From an uncultured Ignavibacteriota bacterium (GTDB taxonomy: Bacteria > Bacteroidota > Ignavibacteria > UBA10030 > UBA8401): DNA of 64,000 nucleotides. Made by a program: the position numbers and the translations under genes. The DNA lies in contig CAIOTF010000003.1 in NCBI GenBank assembly GCA_903861125.1, forward strand, positions 13,274 through 77,273, in the 5' to 3' direction. The stretch's first letter is position 1, and each line of letters opens with the position of its first letter. Of the stretch, positions 46,575-56,561 are shown piece by piece. The notes under the pieces were generated by a model. That model saw only the letters and a list, made by a program, of their open reading frames with translations. It had not been told where the DNA came from and did not search any database.

Positions 46575-48806
46575 TTACCGCTCTTCATGGGCCCTCAATT
46601 CTGTATCCGTTTGGCGCGGACGCAAAGCAATAGCGTGTGCCAGTCGGGCAAAAATTTGAACGCCGATGGTTGGATCGGACCTGGACAGTATATTGAATCG
46701 TGCGCGTGAGAGAACGAAAAGGTCGGTGGAAACTTTCGCTTCCACATCGGCAGAGCGCACTCCCTGGTCGAGGAAAGAAAGTTCGCCAAAAAAATCCCCC
46801 GCACCAATGGTCGCAAGGTGATGGCGTTTTCCCCTGTCCAGAGGAAGCATGATCCGAACACTGCCTCGCCGTACCAGAAAGAGTTCATCACCTTCAACAC
46901 CGTGCGAGAAGGCCTTATCTCCCTGCGCAAGCGACAGTTCGCTCATGCAGTTCGTCATCTCATTGATTGTCCGTTCGTCGAATCCGCGAAAGAGATCGAA
47001 ATCTTTTACGGCGAGTAATCGTTCCTCCCCTTCCATCACCGCTCCTGCGTTTTCAAGAATGCGCTCTTCCATCCATTCTAGCGCACCGTCCAGAGTTTCC
47101 GAGATCATCACTCCGGATTGTTCTTTCACGACACCCAGCTGCGTTAAATAATGTTCAAAATTCCGTTCATCCAGCAGCCCCGAAGGCATGCCGCTGAATA
47201 TCAACTGCCCTCCGCGCTCTGCCAACTGCTGATGCATTTGCTCGAAAAGGTGAGCGGCCGTATAATCCATCGACTGAACTTTCCGCATATCAAGAAGAAT
47301 GAAACGTTTCGTGCGCAGATCGGGACCTAACTGAGTGAATAGCTGATAGGTGGTGCCGAAAAAAAGATTCCCTTGCAGTTCGCAGAAGACCCCTTGCTCC
47401 CCCTGTTCGCCGAGAATTTCTCTTTCCGCGGTGCGGCGGTGTGTTTTCGACGAAATCTGATTCAGATAATGTTTCCGGCGGATAACCGTTCCGCGTATCT
47501 GATCGCGAATGAAGAGCAGGATTGCAAGTGCAACTCCAACCCCGGATGCCGCAATCAAGTCAACCGTTAATGAGACAAGAACAACTCCCGCAATCACCGC
47601 AAAATCCAGCCGCCCTTCCGGATAACGCAGAAGGCGAAACATACTCTTGTCGAACATCCGCCAGGCAATAACAAGCAGAATACCGGCAAGGGCACTGATG
47701 GGAACCCACGCGATCAGCCGGCTTAAAAGAAGGATGGCAAGAATAACAAACCCCCCCTCAATAATTCCGGAACGGGGCGTACGGCCTCCGCTGGTAATGT
47801 TCACCAACGTCGGCCCCATTGTTCCGGCGCCCGGCATTCCGCCTGCCAGAAACGATGCAAAATTTCCTATTCCCTGACCTATCAGTTCACGGTCTGAATT
47901 ATGACGGGTGCGTGTAAGGGCATCAACTCCTACGCATGTCTTCAGCGTATCGATTGAAAGTAACACAGACAAAGTTATTGCAGGTATTATAATAATCTGA
48001 ATGGAAGAAAAACTGACCGAGAACAAAGATGTAATCCGTTCGGCTGCAGCACCAAAGAAAGAGCCCGAAGTTTGAATCGGTCCGATGATGAGCGGATTGC
48101 CGGTAAGTGTGAGCAGCGTAGGAGAAAATATTGCAAGCACAAAATAGAAACCAATTCCACCCAGAAGTCCAAGAATAGCAGCCGGAATTTTCTTTGTCAC
48201 GCGCGGCGCAAATCCCATGAAAATGATGGTAACAATCCCGACCGCAAGCCCTTCAAATTTCCAGAGTTCCGGAGAGGTCAATCCTTGGTATAGCGCGATC
48301 CCTTTTGAAAAACCGAACAACTTCGGAAGTTGACCCAGAGCAATAAGAACGCCGACGCCGGAAAGATATCCGCTAACAACCGGGTACGGTATGAATTTAA
48401 TCAAGCGTCCGCCGCCGATAATGCCGTAGAGAATCTGAAGTCCTGATGAGAGCAATGCGGTCAGCGCAACGAGAAGAAAAATATTTTCCGGAGAAAGTCC
48501 TGCGCCTGCCTTGCCGGCAAGCATACCGGCAATCAGCGCGGAAAGCACTGCGGCCGACGGTGCACACGGCGCCGAAATTAGTCCACCGGTCCGGCCAAAC
48601 AATGGTGCAACAAGACCGAGAGCGGCTGCGCCCAACATTCCGGCGATGGCTCCGGCTCCCGAATATTCGGTTCCCATCACCGAATAGGTAAGCACTCCAA
48701 ATGCAATTGATGAAGGGAGCGCCACCAACATCGCCGCCAAGCCTCCCCATACATCTCCAGCCCACGATGGTGTTTCTCCTCTTTTCTGTTGAGTTTGTTT
48801 CTTCAT
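46575..48806 (-). CDS. SulP-family anion transporter fused to STAS and a cyclic-nucleotide-binding domain
   Basis: 743 aa. N-terminal polytopic SulP core, a STAS-like middle ('FILLDMRKVQSMDYTAAHLFEQM') and a C-terminal cNMP motif ('FFGELSFLDQGVRSADVEA'). Confidence 0.8.
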   Translation of the reverse strand: MKKQTQQKRGETPSWAGDVWGGLAAMLVALPSSIAFGVLTYSVMGTEYSGAGAIAGMLGAAALGLVAPLFGRTGGLISAPCAPSAAVLSALIAGMLAGKAGAGLSPENIFLLVALTALLSSGLQILYGIIGGGRLIKFIPYPVVSGYLSGVGVLIALGQLPKLFGFSKGIALYQGLTSPELWKFEGLAVGIVTIIFMGFAPRVTKKIPAAILGLLGGIGFYFVLAIFSPTLLTLTGNPLIIGPIQTSGSFFGAAAERITSLFSVSFSSIQIIIIPAITLSVLLSIDTLKTCVGVDALTRTRHNSDRELIGQGIGNFASFLAGGMPGAGTMGPTLVNITSGGRTPRSGIIEGGFVILAILLLSRLIAWVPISALAGILLVIAWRMFDKSMFRLLRYPEGRLDFAVIAGVVLVSLTVDLIAASGVGVALAILLFIRDQIRGTVIRRKHYLNQISSKTHRRTAEREILGEQGEQGVFCELQGNLFFGTTYQLFTQLGPDLRTKRFILLDMRKVQSMDYTAAHLFEQMHQQLAERGGQLIFSGMPSGLLDERNFEHYLTQLGVVKEQSGVMISETLDGALEWMEERILENAGAVMEGEERLLAVKDFDLFRGFDERTINEMTNCMSELSLAQGDKAFSHGVEGDELFLVRRGSVRIMLPLDRGKRHHLATIGAGDFFGELSFLDQGVRSADVEAKVSTDLFVLSRARFNILSRSDPTIGVQIFARLAHAIALRPRQTDTELRAHEER

Positions 48807-48877
48807 AAAAACTTTTTACTGCACAGGTCGTTTCCGGATGTGCACTATTTGTTTTGGATGATTGACCTTTGAATATC

Positions 48878-49624
48878 CTACAATAATCCAAGAACAATGA
48901 ACACAGTAAGATCTATACCGCTGCCGTCAAGTTTCATGGTCTGATCTTTTACTGTTTGAGAAAGTAAATTAATTGGATAGGGAACTCCGTTGCTGGTTAA
49001 TGATTTTAGATCGTACGAAACCGTATAGAATTTCAGTCCCATTCCCCACGACAAATTTGAGGCATCGAACATTTCATATTCACATGAAAAATGAAATCCG
49101 GCATTGCCGTCATAGGAATAAATGTTATGACCGCCGCCGCTGACGCTGCTGATATCCACATCTAAATCACCGGGAATGTAATAGCCAAATCCACCCCCTA
49201 TTTTTAATAAATTTGACGATGCTATCGGTATTGTGTATTTCAGTCCGGTCAGGAAAATAATTCTGCTGAAACTCCCTTTAGCATTCTTTACCTGCGGCAC
49301 AAGCGAACTATACTGATACCCTCCTGCTGCGTTAAATTCTATTGACCAATTGATACCGTAATCAAAACCGATCATACCGCTCATGCCTCCTCCCCCGCTC
49401 ATGGTAACATCCACATTGTCCGTTGTTTTCCCAACAGTCAGTTGTTTTAATCCGGCACCCACAGTGAATGATCCCTCTATCCTGAATTTCCCACCGGTGT
49501 CGATACGGGTTGTCGTATCTATATTGTTATTAGCTGTGAAGTCTTGTGCTCTTGAATGTGTAATGAGAACCATAAACATCATTGCATAAAAAAATATTTT
49601 TGTATTTATCATAGTGTCACCCAA
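48878..49624 (-). CDS. hypothetical outer-membrane beta-barrel-like protein
   Basis: Signal peptide (..MFMVLITHSRAQ) and a Gly/aromatic-rich alternating pattern. No recognisable motif. Confidence 0.4.
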   Translation of the reverse strand: MGDTMINTKIFFYAMMFMVLITHSRAQDFTANNNIDTTTRIDTGGKFRIEGSFTVGAGLKQLTVGKTTDNVDVTMSGGGGMSGMIGFDYGINWSIEFNAAGGYQYSSLVPQVKNAKGSFSRIIFLTGLKYTIPIASSNLLKIGGGFGYYIPGDLDVDISSVSGGGHNIYSYDGNAGFHFSCEYEMFDASNLSWGMGLKFYTVSYDLKSLTSNGVPYPINLLSQTVKDQTMKLDGSGIDLTVFIVLGLL

Positions 49625-49889
49625 TTAAGGTTGTTAAGGATATTTTCAATCCTTCCGAAATCCAACCAAAGAAATTTTATTGATTAATTACATGGATTGC
49701 AATATATATCTTGATTCTTGCGCTGCAGGAGAAAAACAGGATGATATGAATAGCTGAATGTACACATTGCTGTATAATCGAACGGTTCGATCGACGATCT
49801 TACATAGAGACGCGTCCCGATTGAAACGTATCAGGACTTGCTCAACAAGGACAATATATTTTTATTCTCATGTGCGGAAGCGGTGCGGA

Positions 49890-51431
49890 TCAGTTCCGGT
49901 GGATATCTTTGTGCATAATCTTCCGTGTCTCCATCAAACGATCATCCGCAGGAAGATCGATAAGACGTTTGTTCATCTGTTCGTCATTCTCCCCTTCAAG
50001 CGTCCGGGCCGCATATTCCACAACACTCTTCGGAAAAATCCCTTCCCGTTCATACAGTTCCCGCTTATCCAAAAGTATGTGCGCCGATTCAACACAGCTT
50101 TTCGGAAGTGCGGGGAGACGGTTCCATAATTCCTTATCCTGAAAGATGTTCCCCGAGACATAATACTGATCGGCGATCTGTTTCGCATCGTTGTGCGTCA
50201 ATCCCCACTCTGCCGCCATGGTGATGCCGGCAAGCAGAAGATGTATCATGGCGCTTCCGTCCGGACTCCTCAGTTCAACAGTTTGCCTTCCATCAACCGC
50301 CAAATACGATGTAGACTGCTGCGGATTAATTTTCTTTGCCAGATTCTCGGTTGACGACCAGCCAAGCGGAACGCGGATCATAGCGCTGCGGTTCATGTCA
50401 CTCCAGCAGACCCGTGTCGGCGCCTCCTGATTGGGAACCAGCCGCAGATAAGCGGACGAGATCGTATTCCCGAACGCAGTGAGCGAATCGGCATACGTGC
50501 AGAGTCCGCCGATTACGCTTCTTGCTTCGGGCGACAATGCGCCGGAAGCAGCACTCATAATATTTTTTCCTTTGGAACGGACCTCCATATGCACATGCAG
50601 ACCATTTCCCGCGATCCCTTCTTCAAGCTTCGGAGTGAAGGTGGCAACGCATCCATGTTTGTACGCCGTATTACGGATGAGCCATCGGGCTACCACTAAA
50701 TGGTCCGCAGCATCTTCCACCGGCGTGGGAAGGAACTCTATCTCCAGTTGTTCACCCTGTTTGTTTGCGATCTCGTCCACATCGCTACGGACACGTTCAA
50801 TATAACCTACCTCGCTGTGTGCATATTTTATGGCGCCGGTGATTTGCGTAATGTGTCTGACCATCTCGTCCAGAACAAGACCGGTTTTGATGAACGGAGC
50901 AGAAGCGTGATAACCGCGCTGCTTGGCAGCGGCGAACGAACGGTTCTGCGGATCACTCAGCAGAAAGAACTCCAGTTCGCCAAGCGCATGCAGTTCCATT
51001 CCGGAATGTTTCCCGAACAGTTCCGATGCGCGATGCAGAATTGTATCCGGCGCAAACGGTGCAAGCGAACCGTCGCGCGTAAGGTAACGGCATACAAAGT
51101 CCAGGCTTCGTTCGACAAATGGATTCTTGAATGCGGATTTATACACGGGAACGACATAAAGATCCGACAACGCGGTATCGACCATTCCCTTGAAGAGCGA
51201 TGATCCGTCAACCCGTTCGCCGTCGGCCAGAATACGTTCTGCCTGATGACGGTTCGCGATCGGGATCTTCAGCTCTTTCAGTTTTCCATCCAGCGCCGTA
51301 TAATGGAATGTGATCCGTTCGATGTGCTGTTCTTCGATGACGCGGAGCAGATCTTCTCGTGTAAAATCCTCGCACGGTTTATCGAGAAGAACTGATAATG
51401 GATTAGCAAGGGCGTAGTGTTGGGTATTCAT
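49890..51431 (-). CDS. glutamine synthetase family protein
   Basis: Beta-grasp 'GERVDGSSLFKG'. Catalytic-domain motifs 'TFTPKLEEGIAGNGLHVHM' and 'MNRSAMIRVP'. At 513 aa it is neither a typical GSI nor a GSIII length. Confidence 0.7.
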   Translation of the reverse strand: MNTQHYALANPLSVLLDKPCEDFTREDLLRVIEEQHIERITFHYTALDGKLKELKIPIANRHQAERILADGERVDGSSLFKGMVDTALSDLYVVPVYKSAFKNPFVERSLDFVCRYLTRDGSLAPFAPDTILHRASELFGKHSGMELHALGELEFFLLSDPQNRSFAAAKQRGYHASAPFIKTGLVLDEMVRHITQITGAIKYAHSEVGYIERVRSDVDEIANKQGEQLEIEFLPTPVEDAADHLVVARWLIRNTAYKHGCVATFTPKLEEGIAGNGLHVHMEVRSKGKNIMSAASGALSPEARSVIGGLCTYADSLTAFGNTISSAYLRLVPNQEAPTRVCWSDMNRSAMIRVPLGWSSTENLAKKINPQQSTSYLAVDGRQTVELRSPDGSAMIHLLLAGITMAAEWGLTHNDAKQIADQYYVSGNIFQDKELWNRLPALPKSCVESAHILLDKRELYEREGIFPKSVVEYAARTLEGENDEQMNKRLIDLPADDRLMETRKIMHKDIHRN

Positions 51432-51498
51432 ACATTATCAAAATAGTGTTGTGATTGGATAAACGCGGTGGTCATCCTTCCCAGTCTGTAGTGTATCA

Positions 51499-51918
51499 TT
51501 ATTTCTTAGGCTGAAGATCGGATGAGATGGAGAACTTATATCCATCAGGATCTTTCAAACGGAATAACCGTACACCCCACGGCATATCGGCCGGTTCTGA
51601 ATCGAGTATGCCCCCTTGCGCTTTGATACGGTTTGCATACTCATCAACATTCTGATCCGTTGATATGCGCAACGAGAAGCCTTCTCCTTTTACTCTCTCC
51701 CATCCCTTGGCTCCGTCATCCTGATTGATGGAAAGACGTACGTCGCCGGCTTTGAGGGCCACCCCCCGCAGTTTCCCGTCACGTTCGATCCTACGTTCAA
51801 TGGTGAATCCAAGTACGTCGTGATACCATGCAAGGCTTTTATCAAGATCCTTCACGGTCAGTGATACGGCCAGCATACTGCCTTGAAATGATTCGGGTGG
51901 GGTTGAATTATTACTCAT
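51499..51918 (-). CDS. VOC (glyoxalase/bleomycin-resistance) family protein
   Basis: 139 aa. 'LTVKDLDKSLAWYHDVLGF' is a typical VOC beta-alpha-beta-beta-beta start. Confidence 0.65.
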   Translation of the reverse strand: MSNNSTPPESFQGSMLAVSLTVKDLDKSLAWYHDVLGFTIERRIERDGKLRGVALKAGDVRLSINQDDGAKGWERVKGEGFSLRISTDQNVDEYANRIKAQGGILDSEPADMPWGVRLFRLKDPDGYKFSISSDLQPKK

Positions 51919-52110
51919 ACGATATTCTCCATAAAATTTGCGGTTGCTCTCTGATTATTTTGCAATACAGTTAACGTTAATTGGCAGAACGATGAATTGT
52001 GTCGCAAAGAAAGAGAGTGAATCATACATGTCCGAATTATATTCTTTAAAACGCATCCTGATATTTAACTGCAGTAACCTACGACAAAATATATTGGACG
52101 GCAATGAAGG

Positions 52111-52150
52111 AAAAACAAAAAATCCCAGAATAGTCTATACTGTTCTGGGA
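52111..52150 (-). terminator. rho-independent terminator (minus strand)
   Basis: On the minus strand: TCCCAGAA-(12 nt loop)-TTCTGGGA followed by TTTTTTGTTTTT. It lies about 150 nt downstream of the 52299 stop. Confidence 0.6.
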
Positions 52151-52298
52151 CTCTGTCATACTCACTGCTATTATATAATCATCAGGCCTGAATAGCAGGA
52201 TATGTTACCCGTCTTGCGGGATTGGTACCGAATATTAACAATCTTAGCGCTCTCACGCAACTGTTATTTTTACCAAAAACGGACTTATAAGTTGCATT

Positions 52299-52796
52299 TT
52301 ATAAAACGCTCCCCTGTAATATTAAATCCATTGTTGCTTTTTGGGGTGATTTCATTTTAATGGGACTGCAGGGTATATTACAGATCTGAAGCGAGACCGC
52401 AAGAAGCGACAGACCTGGTTCATCTTCCAGTATATATTTTGCCATTCTGATGAAGTCATTCATTGACCCTAATATCTGTCTCTTTGTATTGCGTGAATAC
52501 TGAAGAGCCGAAAGCGGTTGAATATATTTATCTCTCGCCGGTTTTTCTACTCCATAGGTTTGCAGAAGTATATCAATACTTTGCGGCAACACCTCGCTGA
52601 TACGCTGCAAATCTTTTGCCGGCAATACAACCGTCAGCAATGTTCTCTCGTTTGTAATCATCAGAAATTGAGTGTGGCCGGAGTAAAATATGTGAGCACA
52701 CCAGCAATCGGAAGTAGATTCATCATCCGCGATTACCGACTTTCTGTTCTTTCCCAGTCTGTTCCACGCTTTTTGGGTTGTATGTATTGTTGTCAT
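52299..52796 (-). CDS. hypothetical cytoplasmic protein
   Basis: 165-aa ORF with no signal peptide and no motif I can name with confidence. Confidence 0.4.
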   Translation of the reverse strand: MTTIHTTQKAWNRLGKNRKSVIADDESTSDCWCAHIFYSGHTQFLMITNERTLLTVVLPAKDLQRISEVLPQSIDILLQTYGVEKPARDKYIQPLSALQYSRNTKRQILGSMNDFIRMAKYILEDEPGLSLLAVSLQICNIPCSPIKMKSPQKATMDLILQGSVL

Positions 52797-52925
52797 TTTA
52801 CCGGAAGGATATTCTGTAACAAACAGTTTGTCTCCTCAGCTCAGGAATGCAATGATGATATTCCGTATGGTTACCGCGAAAAGATACACAAAGCGGAGTG
52901 AAACACTCCGCTTATGAGAAGGGGA

Positions 52926-53357
52926 TCATTTTTTAGGAACAACTTTTTTTGCCGGTGCCGCTTTTTTAGCAGGTGTTGTTTTTTTCTTGTCCATATCACA
53001 TTTTTTTTCATCCATGCATTTTTTGCAATCTGCCTCTTTCATCTCTCCTTTTGAATGCATATCGCATTTTTTATCCTTAGCACACATTTTGCAATCAGCT
53101 TCTTTCATCTCTCCTTTTGAATGCATATCGCATTTTTTATCCTTTGTGCACATTTTGCAATCGGCTTCTTTCATCTCTCCCTTTGAATGCATATCGCATT
53201 TTTTATCCTTTGTGCAATGCGGACAAGCCATTTCTTTTTTCATAGCTGCGGCCGGTGTAACTACCGAATCTTTTTTTGCATTTTCCTGCGCCGCAACTAT
53301 GTTGCCGGCGGAAAATGCAATAATAAGAACCAAAAACATTATGAATTTTTTCATCAC
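52926..53357 (-). CDS. secreted Cys/His/Met/Lys-rich tandem-repeat protein (putative metal-binding)
   Basis: Signal peptide MMKKFIMFLVLIIAFSAGNIVAAQE. Three 22-aa units C[PK][HM]C[TA]KDKKCDMHSKGEMKEAD plus a degenerate fourth, then the basic tail 'KKTTPAKKAAPAKKVVPKK'. Confidence 0.6.
   Translation of the reverse strand: MMKKFIMFLVLIIAFSAGNIVAAQENAKKDSVVTPAAAMKKEMACPHCTKDKKCDMHSKGEMKEADCKMCTKDKKCDMHSKGEMKEADCKMCAKDKKCDMHSKGEMKEADCKKCMDEKKCDMDKKKTTPAKKAAPAKKVVPKK
53030..53238. repeat. 66-bp tandem repeat (about 3 copies, phase starts at 53041/53107/53173), in-frame within the CDS
   Basis: 'catctctcc[t/c]tttgaatgcatatcgcattttttatcct..' recurs with an exact 66-bp period. Only a few substitutions distinguish the copies. 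Confidence 0.85.
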
Positions 53358-53901
53358 TACCCCTGTATAATTAATTGAATTATGAATTATTTCTTGGAAC
53401 CTGACATGTATCCGTTCGAATTGATATTAAAATAGAAACAACTTAATCCTTACACAAGATCTTTTCCAGAGAAAATGGCATGTGAACGGACATTGGATGA
53501 TTTTTGAAAAATATCCAATGTTTATGGGGCAAGCACTGGTGTATCAACGAGCTGATGATTACGAGCTGTTCTAGTCAATTTTTTCGATTGAGGGGATGAC
53601 TAACTGTCATTCATTTTGTTAACGCGCCACCCGGCATCAAATAAACATAGAAATTGACTTGAGACCATATTTGATTTTTGTATCGAATATTGCGCTGATC
53701 AGTATCTGTTGAAACATTCCAGTGAGATCGTGGCATATGCATCCGTCTGAGAAGCTGAAGTCTGAGACGTCGTGATTTAGAATTTTTAGGCTCACAAAAT
53801 GAATGATGGCATTCTATCTGCTGATTTATTATGTTTTGTTCGGCAAAATATATTTTTTGGTCTCTATTACAGGCGCCGTAACATACTAATCTCAATAATC
53901 A

Positions 53902-54762
53902 ATGCGGAATATTTCAGACTATTGTGCTAAAGGGACTATCGTTCATGAGCGAATGGAACGAATTGCCGAAGGGATCGAACTTCGGGTTCTTTCCTTCACT
54001 CCACCGGTCGTTCACCAGAATCCCCTGATCGTTTTTGTTGCCGGCTGGATAACGCAGATTGATGCCTGGAAAAGCGTACTGCAGGAGATGACTAAAGATT
54101 TCACGGTGCTGTATGTTGAAACGCGTGAAAAAATTTCGTCCCGGATGGATGCCGGCGCCGAGTACAGCATTGAAGCTATCGGGACCGATATCGTACGATT
54201 GATAGAACAATGGGATATCCCTCCCCGCGGATATGTACTCGTCGGCAGTTCGCTTGGAGCAACGGTGATCGTAGAAAGTTTTCATGCTCTCACAAAACCG
54301 CCCGCAGCACTTGTGCTGATCAGTCCCAACGCGGTATTCAGGTTGCCGATGATCTGGAAAGTGATCATTGTATTTTTCTATCCTCCATTCTACGTTCTTA
54401 TCAAACCGTTTGTTAAATGGTATCTGAAATATTTTCGTTTGGATACAGAGGCTGATGAAGCACAATACAAAAAATATTGTGCCGCTTTGGATGCCGCTGA
54501 TCCGTGGAAACTTAAAAAAGCGGTGATCGCCTTATCGCGATATTCAATTTGGCACCGGCTTGAATCGCTAAGCTGCCCGGTGCTTCTTGTCGGTGCATTT
54601 AAGGATCTGCTGCACGAGCCCGATAATTTCCACAAAATTGCCCCGATGATACCGCAGGTTTCTGTTGTTGATCTTGAGACAAATGCCAATACACACAGTC
54701 CTCTTGTCGTTTCTGAAATACGAAAATATCTTAAAACAATAATGCCGGCTTCGGCATTGTAA
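53902..54762 (+). CDS. alpha/beta-fold hydrolase
   Basis: 286 aa. Nucleophile elbow 'VGSSLGAT' and an oxyanion region 'LIVFVAGW'. Confidence 0.6.
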   Translation: MRNISDYCAKGTIVHERMERIAEGIELRVLSFTPPVVHQNPLIVFVAGWITQIDAWKSVLQEMTKDFTVLYVETREKISSRMDAGAEYSIEAIGTDIVRLIEQWDIPPRGYVLVGSSLGATVIVESFHALTKPPAALVLISPNAVFRLPMIWKVIIVFFYPPFYVLIKPFVKWYLKYFRLDTEADEAQYKKYCAALDAADPWKLKKAVIALSRYSIWHRLESLSCPVLLVGAFKDLLHEPDNFHKIAPMIPQVSVVDLETNANTHSPLVVSEIRKYLKTIMPASAL

Positions 54763-54792
54763 TTTTATATTGTTACCGGTAAAGGAACAAAC

Positions 54793-55710
54793 ATGCCAGC
54801 AATAAAAATAGTGCTTAACCCGACAGCCGGAATGAACTCGGCGAAGGAAAAAATTCCACAGATCAGGGACTTGCTGAAAAAATACAATATTGAGTACGAC
54901 TTAGAGATCACCGAAAGGATCGGTCATGCTGCCGATATCGCCGAACATCTTGATGCAAATGTGTATCCGGTCATTATAGCGGCCGGCGGGGACGGAACAT
55001 GCAATGAAGTTCTGAATGGATTAATGGCGGCAAAAAATTCAGGACGGGCAATTCCTGCAATGGGCGCGCTTCCCATAGGCAGAGGAAACGATTTTCATTA
55101 CGGAATGGGGCTGCCGGCTGGTTTGGAGGAAAACATCGGCATTATTGCGCGCGATAAGCGGCAATATATGGACGTGGGTAAGGTTATTGGAGGAATTTAC
55201 CCGCAGGGAAGGTATTTCGGAAACGGTATCGGTGTCGGTTTCTCCACCATTGTTGGTTTTGAAGCGGCAAAACTGAAGTTCATTCATGGATTTATCACGT
55301 ATGTTATCGGTGCAGTGAAAACACTTTTTTTGTATTATCGCGCGCCGATGGTAAAGATGGAACTGGATGCATTGGTGCTGAACCAGAAATCGATTGAAAC
55401 TTCGGTGATGATCGGCCGCAGATTCGGCGGTGCATTCTTCATGGCTCCTTCGGCGGTGAATGATGACGGATTATTCGATCTGTGCATAGCAAACGACCCG
55501 CCCCGCCTTGAAATGCTGAAACTGATGGGCAAATATATGAAAGGTACCCAGAATTCCAGTTCTTTTGTCTCAACACGGCGCGCCCGGAATGTGACCCTGA
55601 CTGCCCTCGACGGAACACTTGCCGTTCACGCGGATGGCGAAACAATTTGTGAGAAGGGTCGATCAATAAACATTGAATGTTTCCACCGGCAGATTCAGAT
55701 TATCTGTTAA
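54793..55710 (+). CDS. diacylglycerol-kinase-family lipid kinase (YegS/BmrU-like)
   Basis: 'VIIAAGGDGTCNEVLNGL' and 'LPIGRGNDF' are DAGK catalytic-domain motifs. Confidence 0.8.
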   Translation: MPAIKIVLNPTAGMNSAKEKIPQIRDLLKKYNIEYDLEITERIGHAADIAEHLDANVYPVIIAAGGDGTCNEVLNGLMAAKNSGRAIPAMGALPIGRGNDFHYGMGLPAGLEENIGIIARDKRQYMDVGKVIGGIYPQGRYFGNGIGVGFSTIVGFEAAKLKFIHGFITYVIGAVKTLFLYYRAPMVKMELDALVLNQKSIETSVMIGRRFGGAFFMAPSAVNDDGLFDLCIANDPPRLEMLKLMGKYMKGTQNSSSFVSTRRARNVTLTALDGTLAVHADGETICEKGRSINIECFHRQIQIIC

Positions 55711-55774
55711 CGACGATAGCCATAGCGGTTTCGTTAACATTACGATACAATGGTATTTTTAGTGCAAGAAAGGC

Positions 55775-56461
55775 ATGATGAAAAATAATCCTGAAGTGAA
55801 AGGATGTGATTTTTTTGATGTTGACCATACGATCGTCGATGGAACGACCGGTCTGCAATCCTTGATCACAGGGATCGAATTGAAGGTCCTTCCTTTGAGT
55901 ATTTTATATTCCATTCCGAAACTCTATCTGCAATACAATTTTGGCAGATTTGACACACGCATTGCAACCCAATGCATTCATGACCTGAAAGGAGTGCCGA
56001 AAGCCGACGTTCTGAAATTGGGGGAACTGAATTACGGCAAGAGGATACGCCCAAAAATATTTAAGGAAGCCGCAGAGTGCATTGCACAGCGCGCCGCCTC
56101 CGGAAGAATGATCGTCTTTGTCACATCCTCATTCACACACCTGATACAACCGTTAGCCTCGTATCTCCGCGTAGAGCATGTGCTGGCCAATGCTTTGCTT
56201 TATGAAAACGAAATGACCACCGGATATTTACAGGAACCATTTTTATTCGGAGAGGATAAAAAGATACAAGCACTTGCATTCATGGAGAAATACGGAATCT
56301 CTCCGAAGGATTGTTCGTTCTTTACCGACAGTTTCAACGATCTTTCACTTCTTGAAATTGTCGGCGAGCCTGTTGCGGTCAATCCTGATCACCGTTTGCG
56401 GAAGATAGCCCGCGCGCGCAACTGGAAAATTGAGACATTCAGCGAGTATGTCAATTCATAG
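55775..56461 (+). CDS. HAD-IB family hydrolase (SerB-like)
   Basis: Motif I 'FFDVDHTIV', motif II 'FVTSS' and a C-terminal 'FTDSFNDLSLL' motif. Confidence 0.65.
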   Translation: MMKNNPEVKGCDFFDVDHTIVDGTTGLQSLITGIELKVLPLSILYSIPKLYLQYNFGRFDTRIATQCIHDLKGVPKADVLKLGELNYGKRIRPKIFKEAAECIAQRAASGRMIVFVTSSFTHLIQPLASYLRVEHVLANALLYENEMTTGYLQEPFLFGEDKKIQALAFMEKYGISPKDCSFFTDSFNDLSLLEIVGEPVAVNPDHRLRKIARARNWKIETFSEYVNS

Positions 56462-56561
56462 AGACTTCTGAAATATCTCACATCTATGTCAGGATGACAA
56501 TGGACAATCTATTTTTCAGATGTCACTATTAGATGATACGTTCAGGATGGAAACAGGATGT

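Noticed and set aside
53030-53238. Regularly spaced 66-bp repeats considered as a possible CRISPR array or minisatellite.
   Set aside because: The repeats are contiguous with no unique spacers. They maintain the reading frame of a signal-peptide ORF and encode a coherent Cys/His/Met motif.
53611-53895. 94-aa minus-strand ORF in the 544-nt spacer between the Cys-rich gene and the alpha/beta hydrolase gene.
   Set aside because: Low-complexity, Arg/Gln/Cys-rich translation with no RBS or motifs, so it is probably non-coding. I could not assign any RNA family to the spacer either.
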